Below are positions 23,149-36,796 of a stretch of 64,000 nucleotides of DNA, piece by piece (the stretch's first letter is position 1; each line of letters opens with the position of its first letter). The stretch is from Chiloscyllium plagiosum (lineage: Eukaryota). The DNA lies in contig NC_057719.1 of the NCBI RefSeq assembly GCF_004010195.1, forward strand, positions 62,746,085 through 62,810,084, written 5' to 3'. The position numbers and the translations under genes were made by a program. The notes under the pieces were generated by a model. The model was not told where the DNA came from. It made no database searches and was given only the letters and a program-made list of their open reading frames with translations.

Positions 23149-26100
23149 TATGAACTGGATTAGAACCAACACTTGGAACCTTTTGGACGTAACTAAAATT
23201 TTAGAAATTTTTTTAAATTGCAAAGTCTATTGCAAATACCATTTCTAGTCATCCTTGGTTGCAGATATCGTTAGTGAGTTGCTATCAGTCAAGAAACGAC
23301 TGACTGAAAGATCATTGGTGGGGAAATTTGGCTGTGAGCATTTCTGGTTTGCGGAGGATATTGCTAATAACTTTATGGAAACTTAGAGTTTTCATGCATC
23401 TTAAAAACAAACTTGAGCGCCCACAGTTGTTTTTAGTGTTGATCTTTATAGGGCAGAGTGCAAAGTGAAGCAACTTAGCACACAGATTCACACATTTTTG
23501 CTTTTGAGTCTTCTCCTGCTCTACTAGATCAAACATGAGTGTTTCTGTAATATTTACAGGTTCAGTCGTCCTGTGTTTAATTATGAGAGTCTGGTGACTG
23601 ACCTGTACTAACTATGTTTTACTAGTTAAGATTGGGTGTGGAAAGTAAAAAGATACAAAGAATCCAACAGAGATAATAGCTGTAGTATTGAATAGACATT
23701 TTAAAGCTCTCTGAATAAAACTTATTGCACACAGAAATGAGTGACGCCTTTGAGGTCAGAGATTTATAATATAAAGCAAGATCCTTCTTCCTTTTCTTCC
23801 TTGTGTTTATTCAACTTTTCCATGAAGGCTTCAAAGAAGACATTTTATGATGGAAGACATCACTAGTTCAGGAGTAATGAAATGGAAAGAGCACTTAAAT
23901 ATTCAGAAGCTCCAAGAGAAGATGGAATATGTGTAATGCATTGAAGGAAAGAAATGTAAATATTGAGTAGAACTGTTTTTGGCTTATTGGGCTGAAAGGT
24001 GGGGCAATAACTTCTGAAAAACAGCAAATGTTGTTGAAGTCTTCTGAAAATAAACTATTTGAAAGCACTAAGTTGGAAAGCATAGACCCACTATCTTCAG
24101 AATAGCTGAAGCCTCTCATAAAAGTAGCAATTCCAAAGGGTTCTATGAACAAAAAAGAAATAATTCCAAGTTGCATTAGTTAATGAAAGGCATCTTGTAC
24201 TTGATTAATTGATTGGAATCCTGTGTGGCTGTAACTGAATTGATGGGTGGACATAATGTGTTTTGTGCTTAACTTTTTTTTGATCATGTTCAGAAAGCAG
24301 TTGATTGAATTCCACTCGAGATTTAGGACTAAATTGGAAGCAGATGCAGTAAAAGGGAAAAGTAAATTCGATAATGAATTGAGAAATTCAAGGAAACAAA
24401 TGGGATTGATCAGTGATGGTGGAAAGTATTCAACTGCTTATGACAACAGTTGCAGAACAGCATCATAATCTTAATGAAAATACCATAAGTAGAAGCTAGA
24501 ATTTTCTGAACACATACCCAAATAGTTCAGAAAAGCCAAACGTTTTGAGTTCAAATGCTGTTCAGATTTACGGAACATTGCAGTAGTAATTGCAAAATTA
24601 ATGTCAATGTGAAAATGGATAGATACATCACATATCATGAATGAATAAATATTGAAAATGTATCAGTGCAATGCATAATCAAAGAAGCTGTAAACTGAAG
24701 TGTAAGTGTGGACATATAACTTGTGGCGTGGAAATGGTACAAAAATTGATGAGACATTTGAGAGCTGACAAATCAAGGCAATCAAATAATACCTAAGGGT
24801 GCAAAGTTAAAGAAAAAAAGAACAAGATTTAAAATGAAATGAAGACCTTGTCTGATTCTGGGCAGCAAGAGTCAGCTGATAAATGTATTCTGATCAGGAC
24901 TATTAGCTTTTTATTGTGTGTGACATTTTTTAAGTTATTAATCATCATTAATCTGCAATTAAATGCACAACTTAATTCTAGCTTTTTTTAAAAAAAGCCA
25001 CGGGGAACTAATAAATGGTTTATAATGTATCCAAAGAACAAATACTGTGGAATTATAGTTAAGCTAATTACTTCAAGGGAAATCAATGTTCGTTCTGTTG
25101 AAACATCTTCAAAGCTACGGAGGGGTAAGGCATGAATAGTGAAGACCATTACCACACAGACACCAATTCACTCTAAGGCAGTGTCCTTAGCTGTCGGTTT
25201 TTCCTTGGTGTTTTGGATTAAAAGCAGAGTGCTGTGGTACCTTTTAACTGATGCACATTAGTGATGTGCTGATAGATTAATGCCTATTCTCCCGGTGCAT
25301 TCAGTTGCGATTTGTGTTCAGTACCCACTTATACCAGTTCAAAATGGTACTGTTGCTAGCCTAAAGGAATAAAATTAACACTGCAACCTCATTGCCATAT
25401 TGTTCTATCACTCACAAAGTGATGTTTTTCCTTCGTCGACTTAGTATGGTCTGTCCAGTCCATGGAGCAACTTAGTCAATGGCTGTCAATGCTCCAAGTG
25501 TCTTAGCCTTAGCAATGGCTTATAGCCAGTGAGTTATGTTTTGCAGAAGCAGCTTCTAGATAATATTCATGTTGCTGTGCATGATTTGCAAAGGTAAAAA
25601 CATTATCTTTGTTTGTTGCAGCTCTTGTGATGCTTTCCTCTATTTAGGTTTCTCCAGTGTTTGATTTAGTTGAAACAAAATTTTAAAAATGAAGTGACAT
25701 CAGTTCCCCAGTTTCCCCAAATCAACCATGGGTATCACTCATCAAAACCCTAAATCAAAAGCTGATGGAAAGAAGCAGTTAGCCAAACATGCATCACTCC
25801 AGAGACTGAACAGACTAATGAAGAATAACAGCAAATGTAAAGCTTTGATCTCAGTTAGGAGCTGTGCAAGTCTGCAGACCATTCTTTTAAACACCAATCG
25901 TTCAGTCTGTGTTTACTTATCTTAGATCATTCTTGCTGCAAAAAATGAATAATTATGAAATACTCGCTTAATTAGCAAAACAGATGTTGAAGTATGACCC
26001 ACCTACACCGAACTTGGAGCCCTCTAGATTATCAAAATGCCAAACAAGCAATTAGTATCTGCTTCTATAGGTGTCCCAGCTTGTTGCTCTTATCTAACAC

Positions 26101-26791
26101 ACACGATGGTTTTCCACTCCAAGGTGGTGAGAATAATGACGGATTGTCACTGTTGAGATAAAGTTTCACAATTAGGCTCTCCCAACTGAGATGACTTTCA
26201 TGCTATCAAGTGACAAAAAGCCTATCTGCACAGATTTGCATCTCATTAATTAGTCAACTCACCAGAATTAAATTCACTTTCCCACTTAATTTCTGCCAAA
26301 CTCTGATAACGGATACTTTAGAAACTTGGGTGTGGGTAAGGCAAGTGTGTACCTGTTGCCTTGGTCTTCTGCCTCCAGTCTGTGTGAGTTCTTCAGCTAT
26401 CTTTAGCAAAACCTTCATGTTCATTTTGCTGTAACGTCTACAAATGCAACTCCCTGCTCCTTCAGGGAAGCCAACTGGGGAAGGGCAACACCAGTTTCTG
26501 CTTCACAGAGTGGTTTAGTGCACAGGGTTAGTCAGCAACTTCTGTTTCCAAGTACAGAAGGTAAGGCAGTAGCATTGATAGTAGGACAAGGAGCATCAGT
26601 GTGAAAGAGTGGCTACCTGTCACTGAAGAGCACAGTGCTGTGCCAACAGTAACAGCAATGTGCCTACAGTTTGTGGCAACTGCAATGCATGAGCAAGAAG
26701 AGCAAGGCAATGTGTTATGGGGAAGGGTGAAGGTGGACCGCTCTCAGTCAGGGGTACTGTCACAGTCAGTCCATGGGCTGGGCCATTTCTA

Positions 26792-26993
26792 GAAAAGCGC
26801 AGCAGGTCAGGCAGCATCCACAGAGAAGGAAAATCGACGTTTCGGGCATAAGCCCTTCTTCAGGAATCCTGGAGAAGGGCTTATGCCCGAAACGTCGATT
26901 CTCCTTCTCCTTGGATGCTGCCTGACCTGCTGCGCTTTTCCAGCAACACATTTTTAAGCTCTGATCTCCAGCATCTGCAGTCGTCACTTTCTC
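26792..26993. mobile_element. PLE-derived fold-back element
   Basis: Arms 26792-~26864 and ~26868-26940, 53-nt tail. 14-bp TSD CTGGGCCATTTCTA at 26778-26791 and 26994-27007. Confidence 0.9.
26836..26863 (-). ncRNA. Minimal hammerhead motif (intact core)
   Basis: Minus strand reads CTGAAGA-A-GGGC-TTAT-GCCC-GAAA-CG-TC. Confidence 0.72.
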
Positions 26994-29900
26994 CTGGGCC
27001 ATTTCTATTCAGGGCTACCTGCCATGGTCAGTCAGGCAGCTGATCTAATTCAATACAGGGAATGGGGAATAGTCAATTCAGGAAGTCAACAAAATATGTC
27101 TGGGCTTTGATTGGAGCCATGTCACAATATGCATCCAGGCTAGACCACAATCCATAAGGATGGGGTGGAGGGTTGCATGTAGAACGGGATTTTTCTAGGA
27201 GCTGTTGAGGTTGTTCAGGCAGCTCATGTCTGAGGGCTGGTCTGGCTGTATTGTCTAGCTGAGGAAATGGTTACTTGTCAGAGGGACAATTGAACATCGT
27301 AGAAAGGGGAACTGGACACTCTTGCAGGAAGCATCAAGGCAAGTCATGGTAACCTTGACCTCAATCTCTGGAAGGCTTGGGGCCAGCAGGGCAATGGTAT
27401 CTCAATAGTCAGGTGTGAGGGAGGGTGTGGGGAGGGTAGTTTAAAGATTGATCATTGCCATAAGGTGGCTGTACCAAAATGGAGTGAGGGTTCAGGGTAA
27501 TTGTGAGCACAGGGGACATGACACAATAAAGAATCAGGGTCAGAGATGCCAGAACAAATTTACAGGTTGCAGCTTTTAGGGTAATCAAGACATTTTGTGC
27601 TCCTGTGTTTTCATTTACACATTTGGCAGTCAGACCTCAGATTACTTTATACAGCTTTCCTCACAGAATGAGCCAAATTATCTATTGATTTATCTTTGTA
27701 TTGAAATGTTGATTGTTGCTGTCAGTTGAGGTTGGACCATTGTCTACCTGAATCCGGAGCTGGAGTTGACTTTGAGCGACCAAGACCAAAGTGCTCTATC
27801 TTATGATGAATAACAGATGAAGAATATTTGTATGTGTTCTCTCTTTTTTTTAAGAAAAAGAAAACTAGAGGTCACACTGTCCTTTTCGAAATAATTGCAG
27901 TTTTGCAGGATGATCGAGACAGCTGTACTGTAGCAAAGTGATCTTAGGATGAAGAATAGCCAAAAATGCTGGGAAAAAGTCATCAATTATTGAGGCCTAA
28001 CCTGTTTCTAGGCATCTAATGATCTAACCATTTTGGTTTGTTCTCAATGGAGTGAAACCAGTAAAAAGTCACATGTCACTTTTTCTTCCTCAAGTGGCAA
28101 CATTTAAAGTGACAGCAATAAGAAAAAGACAAAGAGAGACACTAACATATGAAAAAAAGCATTAAAATGCAACATAGGCCCTTTACATGCTAGCATTTTT
28201 GAGGGACATAATACTGTAAAGTAGAAATGGCAAGCAAACATCCATATTCATTCACACAGACTAAACCGACATGCCACAAGTTCAAAATCCAATCTCTAAA
28301 TTCTAAACTAAATACTATTAATGTACACAAATCACACACCCAACATCACTGTAATATTGACAGAAGTATTTAATACAGGAAAACAGTAGTTCAAATATAT
28401 AGTAGGACAGCATTCATGGCAACTTGCACTGAACAATTGCTTCCTTTCACAGATTTAATTTGCTGATACAATTCCATCCTCTTCAGTTTGAAAAAAATCC
28501 TGCTGGTACCAAAACCTTCTGGAAGCTTATATGAATGGTCACTTTTTAGGACGTGATTGTTTGCTGGATTGTTGATTATGGTTTGCCTTATCTGATATTT
28601 TGGCAGGCTCACAATCCAGCATTGGTTCATCTGGGGTCCTCCTGGTCTGGACAGGCCACAGTGCATTCAAGGACTCTTTGGCTCGATATGGTTTTGACAG
28701 GATTGTTAAAGTTTTTATCCATTCTGTGATGAGGTCTCATCAATTAATATTGACAGCCTTATTGCAATATGCTGAGGATCAGGAGCGACTTACTCATCCA
28801 AACCTGGGGCTGTTCCTTCCTATGTTGGACAGCTGAGGGCTTTCATTTCTGCAGTGCATTTATGATAACCATTCAATAAATCAAATTGAAGTGCAGAAGC
28901 GTAAGCATCTAAACAGAGGGAGAATTCATGACAATATATGGTACAGCTCCAAGAATGGTGTAGGATTATTCTGTGTTATCATGATGGCTTCATACATATT
29001 CATGATTGTCTGATCATATGTTTCTGTGTAGCTTAATATTAGATTACTGCTGCAGTTCCACAGTCATTGCTGTCTGGAGGCAGAACCATGATCTATGAAG
29101 TAATTTACAGCTCTATAATGCCTGCCGCCACAGTTGGAACTGATGGCTGCTAAGGGGTGCCCATTGAATTATTTTTCATCTTCAAAGCTCACTGAGACAC
29201 CGAGAGGAAAGGGCACCTGCTGGCAGCATCAGCCGCAATCCCCTCCTGTAAAATAATTTTAAAGAGAAGAAGGCTCTAAGCTACAATCAGTCAAGAAACC
29301 AGATGCTAAAGTAAATAAAAAATTGCTGGTGAGCCCCTCTCATTATAGTTAACTAAAGAGCTGATGCAGTCAGGCAGAAGGGAATGCAGACAATAGTGTT
29401 TGATACCAATGCATTTTGAGTTGGTCAGAACCTTTTTGAGTTAACTGGAGCCGTGGCTGGTCAGTTTAAATTATTCTTTGTGCACCTAGTGAGAGGGTGG
29501 AGCCAAGATCCAGGGATTTTTTTTTGCTGTTGCTTATATGGCTTCTGTTGACATATAATTTTCAGGATGACTTTGTAGGTTGACTTATTTAATTCGAAGA
29601 CCATAGGATGTGGCCTGTTTTGTGTTGGCAACCCATTCCTGTGTTCAGGGTTCACTTGTACAGGAAAACTTCCTAACGTGAGTAAGGGAACAGCAACTTG
29701 CATTTATGTGGCACCTTTAATGCCACAAAGTGTTCGAAAGGGCTTTTCATCAAATCCCGTTTAATGTTGAGCCATGCTAGAAGACACCAGATCAAATGAT
29801 CAAAATCTTGATTAAAGAGTGAGGTTTTGAAGAGTTAGGGAAGTAATTTCAAACCTTTTGAGCCTAGGACTTCGAGGAACACTGTGTACTTTGTGTTACA

Positions 29901-30961
29901 GAAGCAAACGCTACTCCCTACTGGTTTGAGTAACTAAAAGCATAGCTAGTGTTTGTGTCTAAGTGATCAAGCAAGCTTGTTTTTTAAAAAAAGTAACACA
30001 TTTGAGAGCTGTTTGGTGATAGTTGTTCCCACAAGTGAATTACATTGTGACTTTCACTGAATGATTCTGCACTGTTGAGTATGAAGCCAGTTGCTTAAGT
30101 TCCTGTGCCTTAGAGAATTACTCTTCAGATCCAAGAATAAAAGATCAGAATAACTTCAAATTTGATGTCCTTTTAATGCATGAGTCTCACAAGTGAAGAG
30201 CCTCATAAGAGAATCCATTTATAGAATGTTAATTCTTGCGGAGTTTTTTTTTCGTTTGAGATATTTATAGTTGTCTGTTTAAAAGCTTTCTTTGTTTTAT
30301 TGAAAGGCCTGCCATTTGGAGGAAGGTGGGTGGTGTTTTGTTCATCACTGTCTGAACTGTGAGAGGAAATTAAGTAAGGATTTCAAAGTAGGGAGGAATT
30401 GATTGTTTGTTTACTTTGGGTTAGCCTGAAAATGTCAAGATATTGAGATTGGGTTGGGCAGAATGATTAATGTTGGGGCTGGATCACAGTAATAGATTAG
30501 CCTGTCTGAGTCTTGCCTCTCTGAGGCTGCCGAAAATTTTAATGCAAGAAGTCATTGTCTGAGCCTGAAGGAAGTACTTTAGGTGCAATCCCACCGAAGT
30601 GAATGTTTATCCAGCAATGTAATTCTGTAAGTCACACTGTCTTACTGATCAGAGAAGTCAGATTCAATCCTTGTCCTATGCAAAGGATATTGTCACTGGA
30701 CAAAGCAGCTAGTCATACTGTTACTTCTGATCACTTGTTTCAGTGGCCTTACTGTCAATTGGATCACAGTAGATTAATTTACCAGCAGCCACTGTCTATA
30801 CTCGAGCACATAAGAGTGACCCCTTGTACATATGATTAGGGACACACTGGATGGACGGCTATCAATGTCTTTAGTGCCACAACTGTTTCCTGAAATTTGG
30901 AAGTAAAGCAAAATAGGGAAACTAATCAGATGGTGCAGGCATCAAATTAAAACTGGAATTT

Positions 30962-31290
30962 GATTAGCACTACTGCCTCACAGTGCCTGGGACCCAGGTT
31001 TGATTCCAGCCATGGGCGATTGTCTGTGTGGAGTTTGCACGTTCTCCCTGTGTCTGTGTGAGTTTCGTTCGGCTGCCCAGGTTTCCTCCCACAATCTGAC
31101 GATGTGCAGGGCAGGCGAATCTGCCATGCGAAATTGCCCATATGTGCAGGCAAGGTATAGTAGCCATTGGAAATGCAGGGTTACAGGAATAGAGTAGAGT
31201 GTGGCATGGGTCTGGTTCGGTTGCTCAGAAGGTCAGTGTGGACTTGATGGGCTGAATGATCTGCTTCCACACTAGGGATTCTGTGATTCT
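30962..31290 (+). mobile_element. HE1-related SINE, diverged
   Basis: ttagcactactgcctcacag..ctgtgtggagtttgcacgttctccc..gtgtggacttgatgggctgaatg. Confidence 0.85.
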
Positions 31291-31820
31291 ACCTGAATGC
31301 CATGGGGGTTCAATCAATATTAACTTTCTTTCAGATCTCCATCAGAATTGAGGTTGTTTACTTGTGAAGTCTCCAAATGGCAGAGTTATGTAGGTGCGCA
31401 TGCAAGCAACCTCTTTTCAAACCTGAAAGATTCCAACACAACCTGCCAACAAATGATGGGATGTTGTTCTCTGATCTCAATTCTGATGAGCTTCACCAAT
31501 GGAAAAGCAGCAAGTTAGATACAGAGGTAGTCATGACAACTTCCCAATGGGCACGTCAAGAATACTTGCAAGGAGTCTGGAAAGCAGTTCTTGGTCCCTT
31601 CTTGGACAAGGGTTTATGTTGGTAAGAAAATGTCAAGAAAAGGAAGAGCTTTTTTTGTCAAGTGCTTAGTTTCAGAGATAAATGTCTTAAAAGCTCCAAC
31701 TGAACAACTTAGACATTTCAGGTGTTAGTACAAATATGATGGAGAGTAACTCTGCATTCCAGAATATACGAAGCCTGCCCACACACACACACAGGTGTAT
31801 ATACATGCACACACTCGCGT

Positions 31821-31828
31821 TCTCTCTT

Positions 31829-31878
<50 letters not shown>
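31821..31878. repeat. (CT)n microsatellite
   Basis: Direct inspection. Confidence 0.95.
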
Positions 31879-31882
<4 letters not shown>

Positions 31883-32574
31883 TCTAAACACCTTGTTCAT
31901 CTTTCCTCATTGGAAAATAGGAATAAAATTGCTTAAATAACATTAATATTTAATCTTCAATCCCTGAAGAAACATTTCAATGCTTTAAAATGGATGGATC
32001 CCACAAGACACAAATTTTTGTGCAATCACATTAAGTCATGTTATCTTTTGATTTGCACTGCAGTTTAATAATATGAAGGATTTGAGTGGAGGGCAATTTT
32101 CTCAATGAGTGAGTCTTGTATATTCTATGTTTTTTTTTGTTGCACCACTTTCATCATTCCATTGCATGATCTTTTGAAATTAATTATCTTTTTCCCAGAG
32201 TTCACATTGAATTGGCTCCAATCTCAATTGAATTAAATCCAAGTGTTTATAGCAATGTATGCCTTATTGTTTTAATATAATAGTTTAATAAGACTGAACA
32301 ATTAGCACAGACCATTAATTGATATACATAGTGTGCCACAGAGCATGTCTACAACTGTCTACATGCATAATGACTGAGTTTCAATCTGGTCATACGTTAA
32401 TTATGATTCAATGTGATGGTCAGCCATTCATCTGCTCAGTAAAATTATACTATTCAGCAAGCTCTTCCTGATCGGGAACTTAATTCCATTTAGCCACCTC
32501 GATTCCATATCTCTAATTATACTTAGCTGACACAAAGTGTCATGAAATTCTCAATTGCACTGACCCAATAGCTG

Positions 32575-32765
32575 GTGATGTTGCCACTGGATCAGTAATC
32601 CAGGACTGAGGTCATGTTTTGGGGAACAGGGTTCAAACCTCTTGCAGAAAGGAGGTTGCCACCCTTACCTTGTCTGACCCACAAGTGACTCCAGACTCTC
32701 AGCATTGTAGTTGATGCTTAACTGGCCTCTCAGCAGTTAGGAATATGCAATAAATGTTGGAGTGA
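32575..32765 (+). mobile_element. Degenerate tRNA-derived SINE (same family as 9212)
   Basis: ccactggatcagtaatccag..ggggaacagggttcaaac..tgcaataaatgttgg. Confidence 0.5.
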
Positions 32766-32871
32766 TTCCCCGATTTGTATATCCATTGGTGAGAATAAGT
32801 GCATCCTTCCCTCTCTGAATGGACTAACTTTAAGGTTGTAATAAACTTCCCCACTGGAGAGAGCAGTTTCT

Positions 32872-33072
32872 CTCTATGTGCTGGAGTTTGCACATTCTTC
32901 CTGTGTCTGTGTAGGTTTCTTCCCACATCCCCAAAGGTGTGTAGGTTAGGTGGATTAGCCATGGGAAATACAGGATTACAGAGATGGGGTGGGTCTGGGT
33001 GTGATGCTCTTCGGAGGGATGTTGTGAACCAGATGGGCTGAATGGCCTGCTTCCACTCTGTAGGGATTCCAT
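32872..33072 (+). mobile_element. HE1-related SINE, 5'-truncated
   Basis: ggagtttgcacattcttcctgtgtctg..gatgggctgaatggcctgcttccactctgtagggattc. Confidence 0.8.
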
Positions 33073-33642
33073 TATACTATGGGTAGATTATTTAATATAT
33101 TAAAGGTCTTTGTTGTACCACCCCCTTCATTATCTAAGCTAAAGGTAACAGAAGAATCATATATGCCACTTTCTTCACTCTGCTGCTGCATGGCAATGAA
33201 TCTGGGGGAAAGGAACGTCTTTTCATGTCATAGCTTACACTCCGCACTGAACTCCAAATGCAAAAAAGAAAGCTCTGTCTCTAATTAAGACAGTATGCAA
33301 AAAATTACATTGGTTGCCTCAGGTGTAACGATTGATGTTTAATCAAGTCTGACACTTAAACCAGCAAGAAATGAGCTGCATCTGAAGTTTGTTACCTTGG
33401 AAAAGTTGTGTTTTTAATTACAAATTGTTCATAATGCAAGGTGGAATACAGCACCACTCGCCCATGTTTACTCCATGACATCTATTCTTGATTAATGCTT
33501 ATAAATACAGCTTAACCAGGTACAAATTATTTTTAGTGGCGTTTATTTGACATATATTTGTAATAGAAACATAACAAATACATACAGGTGGAGGAAAGCT
33601 TCAGGGACCATGCACAGATGTGCCAGTATGCCGCATACGCAC

Positions 33643-34127
33643 AGTCATAGAGATGTACAGCATGGAAACAGACCCTTCGGTCCAACTCGTCCATGCTGAC
33701 CAGATATCCTAAACTAATCTAGTCACATTTGCCAGCACTTGGTCCATATCCCTCTAAACCTTTCCTAATCATTTACCCATCCAGATGCTTTTGAATGCTG
33801 TAATTGTACCAGCCTCCACAGCTTCCTCTAATAGCTCATTCCATACATGCACCACCCTCTGCGTGAAAAAGTTGCCCCTCAGATCCCTTATAAATGTTTC
33901 CCCCCTCACCCTAATCTTATGCCCTCTAGTTCTGGACTTCCCCACCCCAAGGAACCGACTTTGACTATTTACCCTATCCATGCCCCTCATGATATTATAA
34001 ACCTCTAAGGTCACCCCTCAGCCTCTGACACTCCAGAGAAAGCAGCCCCAGCCAATCCAGCCTCTCCTTATCACTCAAATCCTCCAACCCTGGCAGCATC
34101 TTTGTAATTCTTTTCTGAACCCTTTCA
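33643..34127 (-). mobile_element. CR1 (HER1-like) 3' fragment
   Basis: Minus-strand peptide [32 protein letters not shown] plus the 3' UTR. Confidence 0.92.
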
Positions 34128-35524
34128 TGATGGTGTTAAGTTCTTAGTAATGAAGTGCTGTATGAACAACACTGTCTCATCAGAAAATGAGGCACCAACA
34201 GGGCAGTAAAGATAGGTGCAATAGCTGCAGTTGTTGTGGATATGTTTGCCGAGCTGGGAAGTTGGTTTGCAGACATCACATCCCCTTTCTAAGTGACATC
34301 CTTAGTGCTGTGGAATCTTTATGAGAGTAAACTGTACATTGGAATGTGCAATAGTTGGCCAATGAATTGTTTAGCTGCATCGACTGAAATATTGATGAAG
34401 AGAATATATTGATATAATGAACCTGCCAATGCTTCTAAAGGTGCTGAGAATGAAGTGGATGATAGGTTCTTGACACTGATAGACGGGTTCATCTTTGGTA
34501 AGGTGATAAGGAGAGATGGCAGCTAATGGGGTTGAGAAACACATCAGCCATGATCAAATTGCAAACAGGCCTAGTTCTGTTCCTCTGTCTCATGGTGTAA
34601 TGGATGCATCTGATCTCCCACTGAATATTTATTAATCTGGGGACAAAGATAAGGTTTATGTGATGGTGTTAATGCCCATGAGTCACAATCATAGGTGTAA
34701 GAAATTGAACCTTTTGCAAGAAATCACCAGAGGCGTCAAGTCAAAACAATATTGGTTCATCTCTTCAAGTAATTTAATCCAGTCTTCCAATATTGTGTGC
34801 ACAGTGTATTGATAATAAGTTGTTAAAATTCCAATTTTCCTACATCTGCATTTTTTTAAACCGTAAAATATACAAATAGATTTCCTTGATTGATGTGCCG
34901 TGCTTCAGTTCTCAGGAACTTTAAATACAGAATTTGTGATCTGAGTGTATTCCTCAAGGCTGTTCACTGTTTACACAATGAATAACACTGCTTACACAGG
35001 TTATCAAATGTTAATGGCACCAAGTCACTTCTCGTTAGAAGAAGATCTATTTATATAAGAGTTCATACAATAGTTAGATTAAAAATCTGTAAGCTGCATT
35101 CAAAATCCTGTGTGACTTCACCAGTGGTGTATTTATTAATACAGTATGCAACGTGGTGCAGCGCTGAGCCCTTCTCTATTGCTGTTGTTTCATTACTGTC
35201 CACTGATTGATATGGTAGTCCTGTAATTATTTTATGTTTATTTTGCATCTCTATCAAACCCTGTGCAAAAATGGAGATACGTGTCTGGTTGTGGAAGTTG
35301 TTTTCTGTGTATTCTCCGGTAATAGACTGGTTTTAACTCTGGATGCCCTGAAGGCTTAGATGTTGAGGTTGGGTCAGTTTTTGTTGTTCGAGACTGTACA
35401 AAGATATGGCACAGCTGCTTTCAAAGGGACTTATCCAGCAAAGCCATCTTCTGAGGCTCTGGGGCAGAGGAGAGAATTTACCAGTGTGTAGGTATGCTAT
35501 GCCAGTGAGTAACTTCAGAGCTCC

Positions 35525-36079
35525 TGGATTAGTGGTGCTGGAAGAGCACAGCAGTTCAGGCAGCAACCGAGGAGCAGTAACATCAACGTTTCGGGCAAAA
35601 GCCCTTCATCAGGAATAAAGACAGAGAGCCTGAAGCATGAAGACATAAGCTAGAGGAGGGTGGGGGTGGGGAGAAACTGGACTTCAACATGGCATCAATG
35701 TGGACTTCAACATTTTCCTCATTTCCCCTTCCCCCACCTCACCCTAGTTCCAAACTTCCAGCTCAGCACTGTCCCCATGACTTGTCCTACCTGCCTATCT
35801 TCTTTTCCACCTATCCACTCCACCCTCCCCCCGCCCCCGACCTATCACCTTCATCCCCTCCCCCACTCACCTATTGTGCTCTATGCTACATTCTCCCCAC
35901 CCCCACCCTCCTCTCACTTATCTCTCCACCCTTCAGGCTCTCTGTCTTTATTCCTGATGAAGGGCTTTTGCCCAAAATGTCAATTTTATTGCTCCTTGGA
36001 TGCTGCCTGAACTGCTGTGCTCTTCCAGCACCACTAATCCAGAATCTGGTTTCCAGCATTTGCAGTCATTGTTTTTACC
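35525..36079. mobile_element. PLE derivative with inverted pLTR arrangement and 37-nt tail
   Basis: 35525-~35675 is the reverse complement of ~35890-36042, with the end of the endonuclease (GINVDF) in between. 15-bp TSD TAACTTCAGAGCTCC at 35510-35524 and 36080-36094. Confidence 0.9.
35585..35612 (-). ncRNA. Minimal hammerhead motif (intact core, GUU site)
   Basis: Minus strand reads CTGATGA-A-GGGC-TTTT-GCCC-GAAA-CG-TT. Confidence 0.7.
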
Positions 36080-36539
36080 TAACTTCAGAGCTCCCACAAC
36101 ATCTGTTTCTGTTCACACTTTGAGACAAATGGCAAGCAGAGTGCCAATTGTGAGAATATATTTCAGCTTTGTGCTCCAGTTCCACAGGGGCTTCAGTTGA
36201 GATGACCTCGACACTGTTCATTTAAGGACCTTGACAACAATCTGATGGAGATTTATCTCCCATCTGTCTGCACTGGTTTGTATAAACACTAATCATGTTG
36301 CTGTAGTGAAGATTTTGAAATTCGCCAATTCATCACATCAGTTAGTAAAAGGAAGAATAATATTCACCTACAGGCTCAGCAAGACTATACTAAATGTAGT
36401 GTAAGGCAAGCAACAGAAATGGCTATGGAATTGCAACTCTACCTTTCCCACATGAAAATTGAAACCCTCAAAAAAAACCCTCCAGAATTAGACAGTCAGA
36501 GATACATATTTATGAATCTATGGGATACATGATACATGT

Positions 36540-36785
36540 GGACAGCACCACCTTCAAGTTCCCCACCAAGCCACTCACCATGCTAACTTGGAAATATATC
36601 CTTGTACCGTCACTGTCACTGAGTCAGAATCCTGGAATTCCCTCCCTCAGGGCATTGTGGGTCAACCTAAAACAGCTGGACTGCAGCAGTTCAAGAAGGC
36701 AGCTTACCACCACCTTCTCAAGGGCAAGTGCAGATGGACAGTAAATGGTGGCCAGCCAGCGATGCCCACGCCCCACAAATGAAGA
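36540..36785 (+). mobile_element. LINE 3' end fragment (same family as 9400-11215)
   Basis: caagttcccc..cactgtcactgagtcagaatcctgg matches 10980-11210; peptide SWNSLPQGIVG..QQFKKAAYHHLLKG. Confidence 0.75.
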
Positions 36786-36796
36786 AATTAAAATAA

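Noticed and set aside
28390..28840. Possible decayed integrase-like coding remnant
   Set aside because: No recognisable catalytic motif and multiple stops.
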